Shown in pieces: positions 61,860 to 64,000 of a stretch of 64,000 nt of DNA. A program made the position numbers and the translations under genes. This stretch comes from Glaucostegus cemiculus (Eukaryota). Location: contig CDPCPM010000213.1 of assembly GCA_976551045.1 (NCBI GenBank), positions 558,001-622,000 on the forward strand. The letters are read 5' to 3'. Numbering within the stretch: the first letter of the stretch is position 1; each line of letters opens with the position of its first letter. Below the pieces are notes generated by a model. That model was not told where the DNA came from. It was given only the letters and a program-made list of their open reading frames with translations, and did not search any database.

Positions 61860-61994
61860 TGGCAAAGTGAGACCCAGGAGTTCTGTCCCAGTGCCAAAGT
61901 GTTGGTGGTTGGGTGTAAGATTGACATGAGGACAGATCTGAATGTCCTGAGGGAACTCTCCAAGCAGAGGCTTATTCCAGTTACACATGAACAG
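61860..61994 (+). CDS. RND2: RND2 coding exon 4 (G4 CKID, Rho insert)
   Basis: Acceptor cttctttttcctttcAG. The exon is 135 nt, encoding [45 protein letters not shown]. Donor cag|GTATGT. Confidence 0.97.
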
Positions 61995-62007
61995 GTATGT
62001 ACATATT

Positions 62008-62320
62008 ATGATAGAAGAGGAGGCTGTTTGGCCCATTGGTTCCATGCTGGCTCTCAGCAGAGCAACCCTATCAGTCCCATATTTCCCTGTAACCTATTCC
62101 CTCTCACATGCCCATCATCTCCCCTTAGATTCTTTTGTTGCTTACCTACAGTTGTCAATTAACCTATCAGCATATCTTTGGGGTGTAGGTGGAATCTGGA
62201 GTATGGGCAAGAGTGCAATCATAGGGAGAATATGGAAACTCCACCCAGATAGCACCCAAGTCCAAATTGAGCTCAGATCTCTGGAGCCGAGAGGCAGCAA
62301 CACAAACTGCTGTTCCACAC
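62008..62320 (-). mobile_element. HE1-like tRNA SINE (older), immediately after exon 4
   Basis: ggaggctgtttggcccat...catagggagaatatggaaactccacccagatagcacccaagtc...gaggcagcaacacaaactgctgttccac. Confidence 0.75.
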
Positions 62321-64000
62321 TAGATTATTTCTCTTTATGCACTTGAGGTGGCTGAACTTTGAGGGGTATACCTGACCTTAAAAGTGAGTTTTATATAGAA
62401 AAGGTTGTACATTAAGTAAGACAACTGGAGAGACACCAAAGTCCATATGGGGCAGTGGGGGTGGAGGTCATCGCCTGCATTCTGTTGGAAATCGGGACCT
62501 ATTCCAGAGAGATAGATAACATGAGCAAGTAAGAAGAAGCACTGACTACTGCATACATTTCAGTCCACTGAAGGTCCCATTGATTCTATAGACTTCAGCA
62601 CTGTTTGAAACATATTCTAAACCACTTAATTCAGTTGCTGAGGGAAATACATACACCACTTGAAAGTTGTGAAGAACCTTGAATACCTGAAGTTAATCCA
62701 TAATGGGCAGACGTTTCTGTTACTGCTTTTAATTTTTTTATTTACAATGAACTCATGGTTGCCTGGTCACTGAAGTCATTTTTTCAATGGAGCAGAGTTC
62801 CTGAAGCTGAAATGGTTCAGGAAGCTTGAAGTGCTGCACATATTCTTTCATTAATCTGAGAAACCACAATGACATGGCTGGCTTCACAATCCCTGCAGGA
62901 CAAGCCCTATGTGATCGTCTCACACACCAATGAACAAAAACCTTTGACTCTCTTCACCACCCACACCTCTCTCCTTGCAGCAAACAGATTTGTTGAAGGA
63001 ACCACTCACTGCTCTGAAGGACATTACCTTATCTTTGGTTAAACAAGATAGCTGTGGGATTTACCATCTGAATCACAAGAAGAGATTAGATTATACAGTT
63101 ACCATAATTTCTGTCAGAGTTTTAAATAATCATAGACCCACAGGACAGAAGGGACTACTTGACCCACATGTGAAGGAGATTTTTAATTAGTCCCACTTCC
63201 CTGCCCCACACAGATCCTGGAGTTGGGGCTATTCAGTATGCTCTGTATGTCAGTGAAAGGTGTTATTTTTGACATCAGCACTATCAATAAAAGAATAACT
63301 GTTCTGATTTGATAACTGCAAATTTATCGTGTTAAACAGCACCTAGTTCCTGAAAAATAGGTGTATCAATCATATTAATTGCTGTCATTTTTAAAGTCCA
63401 AAACAATATGTAATGGTGTCTCAATTCGGAATTCATTGGTTACCTCTTCCATCACACTGCTTTATGTCTCTTTGTTTCCCTGTAAAGCTTCACAAAACAG
63501 CACAACTTAAAGAACTGGTTCTATCATGCTATACAATTAACAAAGCATGTGGCTGTATTACATTCCATCTACTTAACTCAAACAGCTGCAACAATACCTG
63601 ATAGTCCACAGGTGGCTGTTTGTCTTTAATTATACTAATATTGTTACACTGGGTACCAAATCTCTTTCCACAAAGGCTGGGCCTTATTTATATACCAGAC
63701 TGCTTTTCACAGCTCAATACTTGGATTAAAGACTGTTCTGTCTTTTACAGATCAGTATGAAATTAAGTAGCTGTTCCCTTAACAGGCATGAGGTTGATTG
63801 ATAGGATTCAAACAATAATTTGATGTAACATGTCTAGAATACTTAGAACTTCAATGTAATCTTTTGAAGATCTAAGTTGTTCCTATGTTTAAACATTAAT
63901 TATTTTCTTCATTTGTCATGAGAGAATCCTTTCTGAAATGCAGCCTTTAAGAAACTACCCAATCGTATGTGAGATGAAATGTTTAGAGGTGTCTAATGAG

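Larger units (their letters stand above)
3206..61994 (+). other. RND2: RND2 gene body, coding exons 1-4 (3'-incomplete in window)
   Basis: Four exons join in frame through GT-AG introns (phases 0,1,0,0) into ([13 protein letters not shown])[34 protein letters not shown]|[30 protein letters not shown]|[36 protein letters not shown]|[45 protein letters not shown]. Rnd2-diagnostic segments are IELNMW, LAYPD, ETQEFCP and [16 protein letters not shown]. Confidence 0.95.

Noticed and set aside
3245-61994. Calling the gene RND3 or RND1
   Set aside because: Exons 2-4 carry Rnd2-specific residues ([36 protein letters not shown]). Only exon 1 leans toward Rnd3.
62320-64000. RND2 final coding exon
   Set aside because: No acceptor followed by a G..LAKQ.GA..YVECS-like sequence was found. 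The exon is probably beyond the window.
1-64000. CRISPR array, operon or prokaryotic defence system
   Set aside because: No regularly spaced repeats or gene-dense blocks. The dispersed repeats are eukaryotic retroelements in introns.

Overview
Vertebrate nuclear DNA, not prokaryotic. The repeat content (HE1/V-type tRNA SINEs, Deu-domain SINEs, CR1, L2, Rex1, RTE and Penelope-like relics) points to a cartilaginous fish, probably a batoid; the species is an inference. The window holds the promoter and first four coding exons of an RND2 gene (Rho-family, GTPase-deficient) on the + strand: 3206/3245-3346, 3839-3926, 48251-48360 and 61860-61994. All introns are GT-AG. The last coding exon (G5 motif plus CAAX) was not found and should lie downstream. 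Intron 2 is 44.3 kb and intron 3 is 13.5 kb. Nearly all other ORFs in the track are transposon relics or chance ORFs. The most interesting signal is a family of about 15 short Penelope-derived elements or fragments whose fuller copies carry a minimal type-I hammerhead ribozyme motif (CTGANGA-stemII-GAAA-CGTH). One copy is still attached to a GIY-YIG ORF end, two keep intact catalytic cores (42261-42288 and 57952-57980, both antisense) and three form fold-back inverted dimers. Other observations: a young SINE whose head occurs with two different LINE-derived tails, twin-primed and permuted SINE copies, a possible Rnd1/Rnd3-like N-terminal extension of Rnd2, an intronic CpG island, several enhancer-like blocks and a symmetric four-E-box cassette. 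Exon coordinates were read base by base; repeat boundaries are approximate and read by eye.
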